Assembly (NCBI GenBank): GCA_964016885.1 | Contig: OZ024764.1 | Location: forward strand, 1,240,001-1,304,000 | Source: Eledone cirrhosa | Lineage: Eukaryota | Length of the DNA stretch: 64,000 nucleotides | Direction of reading: 5' to 3' | In this document: positions 27,950 through 40,325 of the stretch, in pieces | How positions within the stretch are numbered: the stretch's first letter is position 1 | Layout: each line of letters opens with the position of its first letter | Translations under genes and position numbers: made by a program | Notes under the pieces: generated by a model | The model's database searches: none | Told to the model about the DNA's origin: nothing | Seen by the model: only the letters and a program-made list of their open reading frames with translations

Positions 27950-28264
27950 AATTAAAACAACAAGAAGTATTATCGGCCAATACAAGCCGGAAACTCCGAA
28001 GAATATGGAGTGTACATACACTAAAGTATTACTTTCATAATTCTTCGGCTCTGTTTAATTACATTGAGCTATACCTTTTACTGTCATTTCTATAATACGA
28101 AGAGGGTGTTTAACTCCAACACGCTCCAGTATTTTAACCCTTATATATATATGCAAAAGTTTTATTTAAAATTGTTGGGTTACAACGAGTAAATATTTTA
28201 TAACTGATATAAAGCACTCAACAAGTTTTGGAGTAGATATACGATATTAAACAAATATATTGTA

Positions 28265-28326
28265 TTTTATCTGAAGAAGGCATGCCATATTTTTAATATG
28301 GTATCCCTGAAATATGTATAATGAAA
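28265..28326 (+). ncRNA. Type I hammerhead ribozyme motif (paralog of 17804)
   Basis: TTTTAT-CTGAAGA-AGG.ATGCCATATT/AATATGGTAT.CCT-GAAA-TATGTAT-A-ATGAAA. Confidence 0.7.
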
Positions 28327-28368
28327 TAAATATGGTTTTATAAATATAGTTTCCATTTGTTTAATATC

Positions 28369-28477
<109 letters not shown>

Positions 28478-28478
28478 C

Positions 28479-28510
<32 letters not shown>

Positions 28511-28580
28511 GTATATATATATATATACGTATATTATTCGATGGATTGGCAGTATCGGTAGAGGATCCCGAGGTTAACTT

Positions 28581-28613
<33 letters not shown>

Positions 28614-28633
28614 ATGTGTGTGCGCAAGTGCGT

Positions 28634-28708
<75 letters not shown>

Positions 28709-29068
28709 TGGTTCATGTGAAGTCCCTTAGCTGTATTTCTGGTCCGAGCTAACAGTGTCCTCTGCAGACAAATATCATCAGTAACAAAAAATAATGAAAA
28801 AACAGTAAAAAAATATAACATTCTTGTTAATATTTCCGTTGCCGCCGAGATTTGAACTTAGATCGACTTTATATATCTTTCCTGGCCCACAATGAATAAT
28901 TGTAACGAAGGACAGGCGGAGGTGGCGGCTGATATAATTAAAAGACCCGGACACCGCCTTAAGAGGAGCAGACAGATTCTTAGTGAGAGTCTCCTCAATA
29001 AATTGGCAGTTTTGAACGATCTAAACGTGACCCCAGTTCTGGGTCGGAACATTGGACAAAGTTTGAAG

Positions 29069-29315
29069 ATGTCACCGAAGAAAAGGACTCAAGAGAAGGC
29101 GAAAGAGAAGACGAAAGAGAAGGCAAAAGAGAAGACGAAAGAAAAGGCGAAAGAGATGGCGAAAACGAAGGCGAAAGAAAAGGCGAAAACGAAAGCGAAG
29201 AAGCCTGTGAGGAGGAAGAATCTCATGTCTAGGGTCGGAGCCAGTAAAAAGGGGACCAAGACCCGAAGATCTTCTGGGAAGAAACAGCAGCAGAATAGAA
29301 GTTTGAATGTTGATG
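29069..29315 (+). CDS. CENP-Q-like gene, exon 1 (Lys-rich N-terminus; alternative in-frame ATG at 28892)
   Basis: MSPKKRTQEKAKEK...NRSLNVD-G|gtttgt phase-1 donor joins exon 2. Confidence 0.65.
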
Positions 29316-29364
29316 GTTTGTGGTGATATATATATATATGTATATATGTTGTTCGTCATGTGGG

Positions 29365-29397
<33 letters not shown>

Positions 29398-29464
29398 GTC
29401 AGCGTTTAACGTCCATTTTCCACGATTCCATGGGTTGGACGGGTCTATAATATATATATATCAT

Positions 29465-29890
29465 CTGAGTTGTCTAGAAGTGACGGCAAAAGACCTGACG
29501 GTCTTACCCTGTGCCCCTAGTGGAGAGGCAGGTGCCTTGTCTGGGATGTCCCTGTTAGTGACTCCTTTGTTCTTTCCCACATCCTTGATGCTGCGGTAAG
29601 GACGAGAGCCACAGCTTCGGCAGCCGAGCGGAGTAAGACCCTCAAATACTCTGATCTGTCGGCCAGCTACATTTTTCAGCCTGTGGCTTTCGAGACGTTT
29701 GGGGGAGTCTGGCGGCTCCCCTAATAGAGGTAACTGGCGAGGGCGCTTGGTTGTTCCAGCACCTCAGCCTCGCCATCACCCGAGGTAACACTGCCAGTGT
29801 GCTGGCTTGCCTCAGAAATCATTAGAGAGGTTACCCAGTACCCCTCGTTGCTGTCTTTTGCTCTGGTGTTGGCTCCGTTGTCCACCCCTT
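29465..29890 (+). mobile_element. Second CRE-like RLE fragment (intronic)
   Basis: DGKRPDGLTLCP*...FQPVAFETFG, paralogous to 22930-23470. Confidence 0.8.
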
Positions 29891-29964
29891 CCTTTACATT
29901 TTCTTTAATATTGTAACATTGAAGGAATATATCTTTCATTGTATCATCCTTTATAGTGTTACCG

Positions 29965-30400
29965 AGGCATTTGTTATGTTATTTATATATATATATAACA
30001 TATTTGTTATGTTATTTATATATATATATAAAACATTTGTTATGTTATATATACATATATATAAAACATATTTGTTATTTATGTATATATATAAAACATA
30101 TTTGTAATGTTATTTATATATATATATAAAACATTTGTTATGTTATATATACATATATATAAAACATATTTGTTATTTATGTATATATATAAAACATTTG
30201 TAATGTTATTTATGTATATATATATAAAACATTTGTTATTTATGTATATATATAAAACATATTTGTAATGTTATTTATATATATTAAACATTTGTTATGT
30301 TATTTATATATATATATAAAACATATTTGTTATTTATGTATATATATAAAACATTTGTTATTTATGTATATATATATATAAAACATTTGTTATGTTATTC
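29965..30400. repeat. AT-rich ~30 bp minisatellite
   Basis: tatataaaacatttgttatgttattta repeated. Confidence 0.85.
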
Positions 30401-30556
30401 TACTGTAAATTTATTTATATGCTCTGTTTATATTTTCATTCTGAAGGAACTTCTCCACTCGTGTTGATATAAGTGATTTTATGTCTTTCCTGTAAGCATT
30501 GTGTCATCATATATGTTACTATAAACGTGAACAAATTATATTTTTTATATTTATAA

Positions 30557-31327
30557 GGTAAACCTTAAGTCTCACGTCGGAAATGAAATTTATTTTCATT
30601 TTCGATTCATTAAAAACTATTGTTTATCTGAATACAAAAACTGGTTGGACGACTACGGGCTGGCACTACGTTAGTTGATGTTTTGGATGTAAATGACATC
30701 GTTAATGAGAATATTACACTTGTTACTCTTATACCTGTCATATACGGTGACAATCTATGTTACAGTGGCTGGTAAATTGTCCTGTTTGTAATGAAACCTG
30801 CACATTAAACCATTATTCTGAGACTCACAAGAAATGGAGATGGCGATGTAACCCCGACAATGTCTCCCAAGCAGTGCGACATAATTGTTTTTTTCAAGGA
30901 AGCCATGTGCCACTCGATCACCTTATTTTTATTTTATACATGTGGTGCTACGATTATACACAAGCTGAGGTGATTCGAGAAACGGGAGTCTCCCAACCGA
31001 CAATTATTGACTGGTGCAATTTTATTCGAGAAATTTGCGAGCAATATTTGGAGGAAAATCGCCAACAACTTGGAGGCTTCGATGACAATGGCGAGTCCAT
31101 CATTGTCGAGATCGACGAGAGCCAACATGGTACCAGAGCTGCTTTATTTCAATCTTACATTGCAGTCTTTGGCGACAGAGAGTTGGTGCCAACAAGTTTG
31201 GCGAGATGATAAACTGCATTGGAGCAATTGATATGGTGCAATAAACGTTTCAATATCTTACTTTGGGGTTTCAACAAACACAAAATGAAAATAAATTTCA
31301 TTTCCGACGTGAAACTTAAGGTTTACC
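30557..31327 (+). mobile_element. Internally deleted Merlin (IS1595/ISXO2-like) DNA transposon
   Basis: ~46 bp TIRs GGTAAACCTTAAGT..ACGTCGGAAATGAAATTTATTTTCATTTT; flanks tatttataa/tatttatat; ORF 30757 has a CxxC..WRC zinc finger, HTH and IVEIDES. Confidence 0.85.
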
Positions 31328-31374
31328 TATTTATATATAATAAGGAGTTGACGGACCCAGCATATTTAATAGAG

Positions 31375-31755
31375 CGGTGGATTGGCAGTATCGGTAGAGT
31401 CGGACACCATGCTTTGCAGCATAGGGTTACGGCCCTATGTTGAGTTCAAATCCCGCCAAGGTTAACTTTGCCTTTCATCCTTACGGGGTCGATAAAATAA
31501 AGTACCAGTAATGTACTGGTGATTTGCTGGCATTGTGCCTAACGTAGAAACAATTATATAGATGTAGTGGATTGGCAGTATCGGTAGAGGGTCGGACGCA
31601 ATGCTTTGAGGTATAGAGTTACGGCCCTTGCCATTCTGAGTTCAAATCCCGCCGAGGTTAACTTTGCCTTTCATCCTTACGGGGTCGATAAAATAAAGTA
31701 CCAGTAATGTACTGAGTAATTGCTGGCCTTGTGCCTAACGTAGAAACAATTATTA
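31375..31755 (+). mobile_element. Two tandem full-length Nin-domain SINEs (family B)
   Basis: tRNA-like head (tggcagtatcggtag...gagttcaaatccc) + Nin-like core. Confidence 0.85.
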
Positions 31756-31811
31756 ATATTTGAAAAAGTCAGATTACATTTATTGTATATCTATATCTAT
31801 ATATATTCTAG

Positions 31812-31920
31812 GAGATGATGTATACACCAGAACATTAAACAGAGTGAGGCGGAAGAAATGGGTGAATTTAAATTCCAAACAGAAAGAATATATTGCAGAG
31901 TTGATGAATTCAGCCATTAC
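31812..31920 (+). CDS. CENP-Q-like gene, exon 2
   Basis: ttctag|GA...AC|gtaagt; DDVYTRTLNRVRRKKWVNLNSKQKEYIAELMNSAIT resembles recalled vertebrate CENP-Q KRKTWQPLSKSTRDHLQTMMESVI. Confidence 0.75.
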
Positions 31921-31924
31921 GTAA

Positions 31925-32970
31925 GTTGTAGTTGTAGTACTTGTGGTTGTGGTGGTGTAGTCGTACTTGTTGTATTTGTATGTGTTGTTGTAGTAATTGT
32001 TTTTGTTGATGGTGATGTAGCTGTTGTGGTTGTGGTGGTGTAGTAGTACTTGTATTTGTATTTGTTGTTGTAGTAATTGTTTTTGTTGATGATGATGATG
32101 TAGCTGTTGTGGTGCTGTAGTAGTACTTGTATTTGTTGTTGTAGTAATTGTTTTTGTTGATGGTGATGTAGCTATTGTGGTTGTGGTGGTGGTGTAGTAT
32201 TTGTTGTTGTAGTAATTGTTTTTGTTGATGGTGATGTAGCTGTTGTGGTTGTGGTGGTGTAGTAGTACTGGTATTTGTATTTGTTGTTGTAGTAATTGTT
32301 TTTGTTGATGGTGATGTAGCTATTGTGGTGGTTGTGGTGCTGTAGTAGTACTTGTATTTGTATTTGTTGTTGTAGTAATTGTTTTTGTTGATGGTGATGT
32401 AGCTGTTGTGGTTGTGGTGGTGTAGTAGTACTTTTTGTATTTGTTGTAGTAATTGTTTTTGTTGATGGTGATGTAGCTGTTGTGGTTGTAGTGCTGTAGT
32501 AGTACTTGTTGTATTTGTATTTGTTGTTGTAGTAATTGTTTTTGTTGATGGTGATGTAGCTGTTGTGGTTGTGGTGGTGTAGTAGTACTTTTTGTATTTG
32601 TTGTAGTAATTGTTTTTGTTGATGATGATGTAGCTGTTGTGGTTGTAGTGCTGTAGTAGTACTTGTTGTATTTGTATTTGTTGTTGTAGTAATTGTTTTT
32701 GTTGATGGTGATGTAGCTGTTGTGGTTGTGGTGGTGTAGTAGTACTTGTATTTGTATTTGTTGTTGTAGTAATTGTTTTTGTTGATGGTGATGTAGCTGT
32801 TGTGGTGGTGTAGTAGTACTTTTTGTATTTGTTGTAGTAATTGTTTTTGTTGATGATGATGTAGCTGTTGTGGTTGTAGTGCTGTAGTAGTACTTGTTGT
32901 ATTTGTATTTGTTGTAGTAATTGTTTTTGTTGATGGTGATGTAGCTGTTGTGGTGGTGGTGGTGGTGTTA
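31925..32970. repeat. GT-rich ~60-70 bp minisatellite
   Basis: tagtaattgtttttgttgatggtgatgtagctgttgtgg repeated. Confidence 0.9.
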
Positions 32971-33282
32971 TAGTCTTTGTTTTTGTAGTGACCTACATTC
33001 CGCGGGCTCACATACATTCTCCGTGCGTTATTTGGCTCAGCCCAGCCAATGACCGCCAACGGAGGAGAGTGTATCCCTACGCGCCCTGCAGGAAAAATTC
33101 CCGCGTCAGCTCAAGAAATCTCTCTTGCAGCCTGACCGCGCTAAGGTAAACAACTACTTTTCTTTCGCCGTGTAATCACTAGCCAATATGTAACAACACT
33201 ATAACCACAGTCTGGCAACACTTCAGCCAGTGGACTGTGCCTTCTGAAATCTTAATTTGCTTGTTTCATTTGTTTGGAATGC

Positions 33283-34650
33283 CAGCTCTACTCTGCTCTA
33301 CACAGCTCTACTCTGCTCTACACAGCTCTACTCAGCTCTACACAGCTCTACACAACTCTACTCTGCTCTACACAGCTCTACTCTGCTCTACACAGCTCTA
33401 CTCTGCTCTACTCTGCTCTACACAGCTCTACTCATCTCTACTCTGCTCTACACAGCTCTACACAGTTCTACTCAGCTCTACTCAACTCTACACAACTCTA
33501 CTCTGCTCTACACATCTCTACTCAGCTCTACTCTGCTCTACACAGCTCTACTCAGCTCTACACATCTCTACACATCTCTACTCTACTCTACTCTGCTCTA
33601 CACATCTCTACTCTGCTCTACACAGCTCTACTCTGCTCTACTCTGCTCTGCTCTACTCTGCTCTACACAGCTCTACTCTTCTCTACACAGCTCTACTCTG
33701 CTCTACTCTTCTCTACACAGCTCTACTCTGCTCTACTCTGCTCTACACAGCTCTACTCATCTCTACACAGCTCTACTCAGCTCTACACAGTTCTACTCAG
33801 CTCTACTCAACTCTACTCTGCTCTACACAGCTCTACTCTTCTCTACACAGCTCTACTCAGCTCTACACATCTCTACTCTGCTCTACTCTACTCTACTCTG
33901 CTCTACACATCTCTACTCAGCAGTACTCTACTCTACACAGCTCTACTCTGCCCTGCACAGCTCTACACAGCTCTGCTCTACACTGCTCTACACAGCTCTA
34001 CTCTGCTCTACACAGCTCTACTCTGCTCTACTCAACTCTACACAACTCTACTCTGTTCTACACAGCTCTACTCTGCCCTACTCTGCTCTACACAGCTCTA
34101 CACAGCTCTACTCTGCTCTACTCTACACAGTTCTACTCAACTCTACTCTGCTCTACACAGCTCTACTCTTCTCTACACAGCTCTACACATCTCTACTCTG
34201 CTCTACTCAGCTCTACACATCTCTACTCTACTCTACTCTGCTCTACACAGCTCTACTCTGCTCTACACATCTCTACTCTGCTCTACACAGCTCTATACAG
34301 CTTTACTCTGCTCTACACATCTCTACTCTGCTCTACTCTGCTCTACACAGCTCTATACAGCTTTACTCTGCTCTACACAGCTCTACTCAGCTCTACTCTG
34401 CTCTACTCTACACATCTCTACTCAGCAGTACTCTGCTCTACACAGCTCTACTCTGCTCTGCACAGCTCTACTCTGCTCTACACAGCTCTACTCTGCTCTA
34501 CACTGCTCTACACAGCTCTACTCTGCTCTACACAGCTCTACTCTGCTCTACACTGTTCTACACAGCTCTACTCAGCTCTACACAGCTCTACTCCGCTCTA
34601 CACAGCTCTACTCTGCTCTACTCTGCTCTACACAGCTCTACACAGCTCAA
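33283..34650. repeat. 10 bp (CTCTA+CACAG/CTCTG) minisatellite
   Basis: Direct sequence. Confidence 0.95.
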
Positions 34651-34811
34651 CCTTTGTTAATAAATACTGTAAAACAAGCTAAAGTCATTGTCGATATTCC
34701 TATCATATCTTTCTACCAAACTGGTTACTCCTGGTGCTATAACTATTACATTACTACTTCTATAACTCTGCTAAACTGGTAATTATAATAGGACTACTAC
34801 ATCTATATATT

Positions 34812-35125
34812 TGTTTCTACTTTTTGGCACAAGGCCAGCAATAACCCAGTACATTACTGGTACTTTATTTTATCGACCCCGTAAGGATGAAAGGCAAAGT
34901 CAACCTCGGTGGGATTTGGACTCAGAATCTGTAATATCGTTGTTTTACTATTGGCACAAGGCCAGCCATTACCCCAGTGTATTACTGGTACTTTATTTTC
35001 TCGACCCCGTAAGGATGAAAGGCAAAGTTGACCTCGACGGGGTTTGAACTCAGAATGGCAAGGGCCGTAACTCTATGCGTCAAAGCATGGCGTCCGACCC
35101 TCTACCGATACTGCCAATCCACCGC
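34812..35125 (-). mobile_element. Nin-domain SINEs (family B)
   Basis: Reverse complement of the 31375 family; further minus-strand copies at ~26770, 42945, 43555, 52760. Confidence 0.85.
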
Positions 35126-35170
35126 GACATCTTTATAATACTGCTAAGACGGAGGAGTATTTAAGTATGA

Positions 35171-35500
35171 AGGAGGCACATGGCTTAGTGGTTAGAGCAA
35201 TGGCCTTGCAATCGAAAGGTTGTGAGTTCAATTCTTAGACCGGGTGATGTGTTGTTTCCTTGAGCAAGACACTTTATTTCACATTGCTCCAGTTTACTCA
35301 GCTGTAGAAATGAGATGATAGGGACTGGGTTCCCTATCATTCCACTGCAAAGTGGTCATGGAGGTGCCACGGCAAAAAAAAATGCACCCAGCACTCACTG
35401 TAAATGAGGTTGGTGTTAGGAAGGGCATCCAGCTGTAGAAATCAAGCCATAATCAGTTCCCGTCCCACCCTTGCAAGCAGGGAAAGGCGGACGTATGATG
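35171..35500 (+). mobile_element. Full-length SINE family A
   Basis: A box TGGCTTAGTGG, B box GAGTTCAATTC, CCTTGAGCAAGACAC body. Confidence 0.9.
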
Positions 35501-35846
35501 AAAAGAAAAGAAAAAAAATGAAATGCTTATAATAATAATAATGAAATTATTGTGTACAGTGCTCAGGTGCACTACAACTCATCAAAAAAGTGCATGTATA
35601 GTACATAGGGCAATGCACAAACATCAGTAAAATGAAAAGTGCACGAGTCATGATACACATTATATATATATATATATATCAACCATCCTTCTTGTTAAAT
35701 TGTAAAAGTTGTTGAACACCAGGTCAGCTTTATGAATGTAAACATATGTTGTTGTTGTGAGTGGTGGTAGTTGTTGTAGTAGTGGTTATTGTAATAGAAG
35801 TTATTGTTGTAGTAGTTATGTGTCTGTATGTATGTATATACATGTC

Positions 35847-35877
<31 letters not shown>

Positions 35878-36140
35878 ATATATATCTAACAAAGTCTAGA
35901 GTCTGTCGTAAGCCAGAAGGCTCATTTGACCAGTGCTTATCTTGGTTTCATGGCATGAAGTGACTGAGAGTACAAGACTCCCCCCTGGACAGGACACCAG
36001 TCCATCACAGGGTTAAACCTCCAGCTATTACTGGTACTTATTTACAGCTGAGTATACTGGAGCAACGTGAAATGAAATGTTTTGCTCATTGTGGTCATAT
36101 ATCCAACACACTTACCACTATATATATATATATATATATA

Positions 36141-36343
36141 TAGGAACAAGTAAGACCCCGACGGCTGAGCTCAAGCCGTTTCGACGGCTAATTCTGGACT
36201 GATTCAGTCCAGAATTAGCCGTCGAAATGGCTTGAGCTCAGCCGTCGGGGTCTTACTTGTTCCTATTACCCACTCTACTACCCTAAGTATTGAGTACTTT
36301 GGTGCGTTATGGTCCACCTGGTTCCTTACCACTTTTCCTTCGT
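36141..36343 (+). mobile_element. Second copy of the (TA)n-flanked hairpin element
   Basis: Near-identical to 21601-21793; ~60 bp arms with 1 nt spacer. Confidence 0.75.
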
Positions 36344-36433
36344 TATATATATATATATATATATATACGGGGTAACAGATGCCATTACTACTATATATAG
36401 TAGCCATGCCTGTATATTCCTTTCATTCTCACA

Positions 36434-36540
36434 AGCTCCGATGAATTGACTGGTTATAACTTTGTATTGGTGATCGAATAACGTGAAAACAAGCGGATAG
36501 CGATCTCTAGACCTACCAGTTCAGAGAAACAATTGGCAGC
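36434..36540 (+). ncRNA. Degenerate hammerhead motif with long loop II
   Basis: GCT-CCGATGA-attgACTGG...CCAGT..-GAAACAATTGGC-AGC; core and cleavage site are non-canonical. Confidence 0.35.
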
Positions 36541-36593
36541 AATGAGATTAAAAACCTTTTTTGTATAGCAAACCGTGTCACTCTTCTTTCCTG

Positions 36594-36652
<59 letters not shown>

Positions 36653-36656
36653 TACA

Positions 36657-36940
36657 GTGGAGGCACATGGCCTAGTGGTAAGGGTGTTGGACTTACGATC
36701 ATAATGTCGTGGGTTTGATTCCTGGGCTGTGTGTTGTGTTCTTGAACAAAACACTTCATTTCACGTTGCTCCACTATACTCAGCTGAAAATGAGTACCAG
36801 TAATAGCTGGAGGTTTAACCCTGTGATGGACTGGTGTCCTGTCCAGGGGAAGTCTTGAACTTTCAGTCACTTCACGCCATGAAACCAGGATAAACACCGG
36901 CCAAATGAGCCTTCTGGCTTAAGACAGACTTTAGACTTAG
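36657..36940 (+). mobile_element. tRNA-derived SINE family C (inverted partial copy at ~35890-36090)
   Basis: A box TGGCCTAGTGG, B box GGTTTGATTCC; body shared with 35890-36090 in reverse. Confidence 0.8.
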
Positions 36941-36998
36941 ATATATATACAAGTGTATACACACATGTATATATAATGCTGTATATTCTCTCTTGCAG

Positions 36999-37076
36999 TT
37001 ATGCGACATCAACTCTGCCTTCCACCTCTGAACAAACCAGCTCTTTGGACAACTTTTTACATGCTGTGAAGATTAA
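36999..37076 (+). CDS. CENP-Q-like gene, exon 3
   Basis: ctctcttgcag|T...AA|gtaag, phases 2/2; YATSTLPSTSEQTSSLDNFLHAVKIK. Confidence 0.7.
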
Positions 37077-37272
37077 GTAAGAATTAATCTGTCTCTCTAT
37101 CTATGTATGTCCCAAATATAGAAATCATCATCATCATCACCGTTTTACGTCCATTTTTCTACGCTAGCATGGGTTGGACGAGTTGTCCTGTGTAGGCAAT
37201 GCCAGGTAGGGTGACATGTCTTGCTCATACAGAACTGATTTTGGCTGGATCACCTTCCTAACGCCAACCACA

Positions 37273-38140
37273 TTTACAGTGTGGACTGGGTGTTGTTTGT
37301 TGTGACACCTACATGACCACTTTACAGTGTGGACTGGGTGTTGTTTGTTGTGACACCTACATGACCACTTTACAGTGTGGACTGGGTGTTGTTTGTTGTG
37401 ACACCTACATGACCACTTTACAGTGTGGACTGGGTGTTTGTTGTGACACCTACATGACCACTTTACAGTGTGGACTGGGTGTTGTTTGTTGTGACACCTA
37501 CATGACCACTTTACAGTGTGGACTGGGTGTTGTTTGTTGTGACACCTACATGACCACTTTACAGTGTGGACTGGGTGCTTTTTGTTGTGACACCTACATG
37601 ACCACTTTACAGTGTGTACTGGGTGCTTTTTGTTGTGACACCTACATGACCACTTTACAGTGTGGACTGGGTGCTTTTTGTTGACACCTACATGACCACT
37701 TTACAGTGTGGACTGGGTGCTTTTTGTTGTGACACCTACATGACCACTTTACAGTGTGGCCTGGGTGCTTTTTGTTGTGACACCTACATGACCACTTTAC
37801 AGTGTGGACTGGGTACTTTTTGTTGTGGCACCTACATGACCACTTTACAGTGTGGACTGGGTACTTTTTGTTGTGACACCTACATGACCACTTTACAGTG
37901 TGGACTGGGTGCTTTTTGTTGTGACACCTACATGACCACTTTACAGTGTGGACTGGGTACTTTTTGTTGTGGCACCTACATGACCACTTTACAGTGTGGA
38001 CTGGGTACTTTTTGTTGTGACACCTACATGACCACTTTACAGTGTGGACTGGGTACTTTTTGTTGTGGCACCTACATGACCACTTTACAGTGTGGACTGG
38101 GTACTTTTTGTTGTGACACCTACATGACCACTTTACAGTG
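37273..38140. repeat. 48 bp tandem array (~18 copies) derived from a SINE body
   Basis: atgaccactttacagtgtggactgggtgctttttgttgtgacacctac, following the SINE motif cctaacgccaaccacatttacag. Confidence 0.9.
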
Positions 38141-38184
38141 GGAGGGGATGGGGGCATATTGTCTATATGCTTCAGCTTGTACCG

Positions 38185-38500
38185 GTGGGAAGTCAGGTCT
38201 TCTGTATTATTGCGTGATGCCAGAGGTCACGGTCCTGTGTCATCACTTTTGAGAGGTGCAATTGGGCAAGGTCGGCTTTTATCACCTCATCCCAGGTCTT
38301 CTTGGGTCTCCCCACTCCGCGGTTTCCATCGACTTCTAGTGCTCTGCACCTTTTTATGCAGCTGTCATCCTTCATACGCATCACATGTCCATACCAATGC
38401 AACCGCCTCTCTTGCACACAGCATTTGATTCCTCTTATGCTCAGTCTCTCTCTCAATTCGTTTATGCTTTGCAATTTTATTACTATTACACATCGGATGT
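38185..38500 (-). mobile_element. RTE LINE 3' fragment
   Basis: QSINELRERLSIRGIKCCVQERRLHWYGHVMRM...GRPKKTW. Confidence 0.85.
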
Positions 38501-38633
38501 GTAATAGTAATAAACGTGAATGTCATAACTAGACCACCAATGACTTGTTGGGTCACGTTCACTTGAAAATAAGTTTTAAATAATTAAAATATACACAGAC
38601 ATGTATATAATGTGATATGAAACTGGAAGACCC

Positions 38634-38667
<34 letters not shown>

Positions 38668-38755
38668 ATGTATATATGTATAAATGTGTGTGTGTATACA
38701 TATATATGTGTGTATGTGATCTATATACACTGGTCATAGACACACATATATATAT

Positions 38756-39100
38756 AGAGGCACATGGCTTAGTGGTTAGAGCATTGGGCTTGCAATCGAA
38801 AGGTTGTGAGTTCAATTCTCAGACCGGGTGATGTGTTGTTTCCTTGAGCAAGACACTTTATTTCACATTGCTCCAGTTTACCCAGCTGTAGAAATGAGAT
38901 GATAGGGACTGGGGTCCCTATCATTCCACTGCAAAGTGGTCGTGGAGGTGCCACGGCAAAAAAGCACCCAGCACTCACTGTAAATGAGGTTGGTGTTAGG
39001 AAGGGCATCCAGCTGTAGAAATCAAGCCAGAATCAGTTCCCGTCCCACCCTTGCAAGCAGGGAAAAAGCGGATGTAAAATGAAAATGATGATGAAAATGA
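38756..39100 (+). mobile_element. Full-length SINE family A
   Basis: Same as the 35171 copy. Confidence 0.9.
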
Positions 39101-39530
39101 TACTGTACGTCTGTATACATATATGTATGTACGTATACATACACACTTACATTTCAGTATCAGCCGTACTAAGAGTGAGAAATGAAATTTCGTTTCATTC
39201 TTTTCCATATATATATACTCACATATATATATACACAACACCACCAGCTCTCTCTCTCACTTCTATTCTCCTTCTCTCTCTTTCAATCTACTCTCTCACA
39301 ACCACTATCTCTCTCTCTGTCTATTTATGAAGGTACCCAGAAAACCCCATATCTTGGGAACCCGTGCTTCGATTCACGTGAAACTTGTTTTATCCCATTT
39401 GTATTCCCATTTCAGGGTCAACTTCCTTTCAAAGTATTTTCCCATTATGCCCCCTTGTGGCTGTATTACATTACAGACAGACAAGCTAGCATCATCATCA
39501 TCATTCGTCGACTACTGTCGAGATGATGGA

Positions 39531-39591
39531 TCTCACTCTCATGCCCCAGAATTCCCTGTCCCCCAGGGAATTCTGGGGCATGAGAGTGAGA
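39531..39591. other. Perfect ~28 bp-arm hairpin inside a small insertion with acaagctagca duplication
   Basis: tctcactctcatgccccagaattccctg / cagggaattctggggcatgagagtgaga. Confidence 0.85.
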
Positions 39592-39645
39592 CAAGCTAGC
39601 AATCACAGAGTTTTAGTATTTAGATTCTCTATTGTTATTACTTAG

Positions 39646-39718
39646 GTTGCTGCAACAACTAAACCAGACTATAGTGCCTCCCCTCAGCTGCTCTGCCATT
39701 ATTGAATTAGATAAACTT
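39646..39718 (+). CDS. CENP-Q-like gene, exon 4
   Basis: cttag|G...CTT|gtaagt; LLQQLNQTIVPPLSCSAIIELDKL resembles recalled CENP-Q RLLQQCETLKVPP. Confidence 0.75.
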
Positions 39719-39769
39719 GTAAGTATTGCTACTCACGTTTGTTTATCACCTTGGTGGACATTGTTACTG

Positions 39770-40290
39770 TTGGGGTGTTGGTGGTGGTGGTGCGGTGTTG
39801 GTGTGGTGTTGGTGATGGTGTGTTGGTTGTGGAGGTAGTGGTGATGGTGTTGGTGGTGGTGGTGATGGTGTGGTGTTGGTAGTGGTGATGGTGTGGTGTG
39901 TTGGTGGTGGTGGTGTGGTGTTGATAGTGGTGATGGTGTGTTGGTTGTGGAGGTGTTGGTGGTGTGGTGATGGTGTGTTGGTGTGTTGGTGTTGGTGGTG
40001 TGGTGTTGTTGGTTGTGGTGGTGTGGTGTTGGTAGTGACGGTGGTGGTGGTGTGTTGGTAGTGGTGATGGTGGCGGTGGTGATGGTGTGGTGGTGGTGTG
40101 TTGGTGGTAGTTGTGTTGGTGGTGGTTATGGTGTGTTGGTGGTGGTGGTGGTGTGGTGTGTTGGTGGTGATGGTGTGGTGGTGATGTGGTGTTGTTGGTG
40201 TGGTGGTGGTGGTGGTGATGGTGATATTGTGTGGTTGTGGTGGTGGTGGTGATGTGTTGTTGTTGGTGGTGGTGGTGTTGTGGTAGTGTT
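39770..40290. repeat. (GGT/GTT)n low-complexity tract
   Basis: Direct sequence. Confidence 0.9.
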
Positions 40291-40325
40291 GAAGGACTGT
40301 AAATTTGGCTGGGGTTATTTTACAG

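Noticed and set aside
32990-33240. CpG-rich patch with CCAAT boxes as an internal promoter
   Set aside because: No associated exon or ORF identified; could equally be a transposon fragment
33237-34782. 470-500 aa STLLY-type ORFs
   Set aside because: Open in all three frames because of a 10 bp stop-free repeat inside an intron
35171-35262. tRNA gene (GCA anticodon-like head)
   Set aside because: It is the head of a multi-copy SINE that continues into body and tail, with no proper acceptor stem
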